The position numbers and the translations under genes are program-made. Below, one piece after another: positions 63,956-64,000 of a stretch of 64,000 bases of DNA. The first letter of the stretch is position 1; each line of letters begins with the position of its first letter. Under the pieces are notes generated by a model that did not search any database, was not told where the DNA came from, and worked only from the letters and a program-made list of their open reading frames with translations. The DNA lies in the sequence record NC_041972.1. One strand, given 5' to 3'.

Positions 63956-64000
63956 ATGTCTATTCAAGCATTTTTAAACCTCGGCGCCGAGGCTTTCGAA
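63956..64000 (+). CDS. Start of a fourth gp93-family paralog (3'-truncated)
   Basis: AAGG RBS; MSIQAFLNLGAEAFE carries the same N-terminal G-x-E|(A/G)F signature. Confidence 0.7.
   Translation, partial: MSIQAFLNLGAEAFE

Noticed and set aside
1-64000. tRNA, rRNA, CRISPR arrays, DGR or invertase systems, alternative genetic code
   Set aside because: No cloverleaf/T-loop signatures in the short intergenic gaps, no regularly spaced repeats, no reverse transcriptase or recombinase motifs; all core genes read intact in the standard code. A tRNAscan/Infernal run would be needed to exclude small RNAs formally.

Overview
This window is part of a phiKZ-like jumbo myophage genome (nucleus-forming Chimalliviridae type, probably an enterobacterial/Erwinia-type host; the host is inferred). 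Family assignments rest on motifs and recalled phiKZ gene order, not on a database search. The conserved core runs: non-virion RNA polymerase (nvRNAP) beta' N-subunit with the NADFDGD motif (partial, left edge), SbcD/Mre11 nuclease, ChmC-like RNA-binding protein, gp68-like nvRNAP subunit, PicA/Imp1-like import factor, gp70-like protein, nvRNAP beta and beta' C-subunits, SF2 helicase, a reverse-strand late operon, virion RNAP beta' middle subunit, the exonuclease/motif-A half of the split family-B DNA polymerase, then baseplate-like and inner-head protein genes (right edge). Three accessory blocks interrupt the core (about 1-8.4 kb, 24.2-32 kb, 37.3-46.3 kb). The most notable observations are: (1) a U UUU UUU site that would fuse a 539-aa baseplate-hub/tail-chaperone-like protein to a start-less downstream ORF by -1 frameshift; (2) an early-promoter-led island with a Tad2/DUF2829-like anti-defence sponge, four tandem paralogs of an unknown family, and two catalytically degenerate GIY-YIG-derived genes at its ends; (3) three tandem HExxH-family paralogs, one of which has lost the motif; (4) a recurrent 'hairpin + TATGCCG' element downstream of gene 3' ends; (5) a 23-bp putative virion-RNAP early promoter motif; (6) an SSB-like DFADDLPF tail on the ChmC-like protein. 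I found no tRNA, rRNA, CRISPR array or intron.
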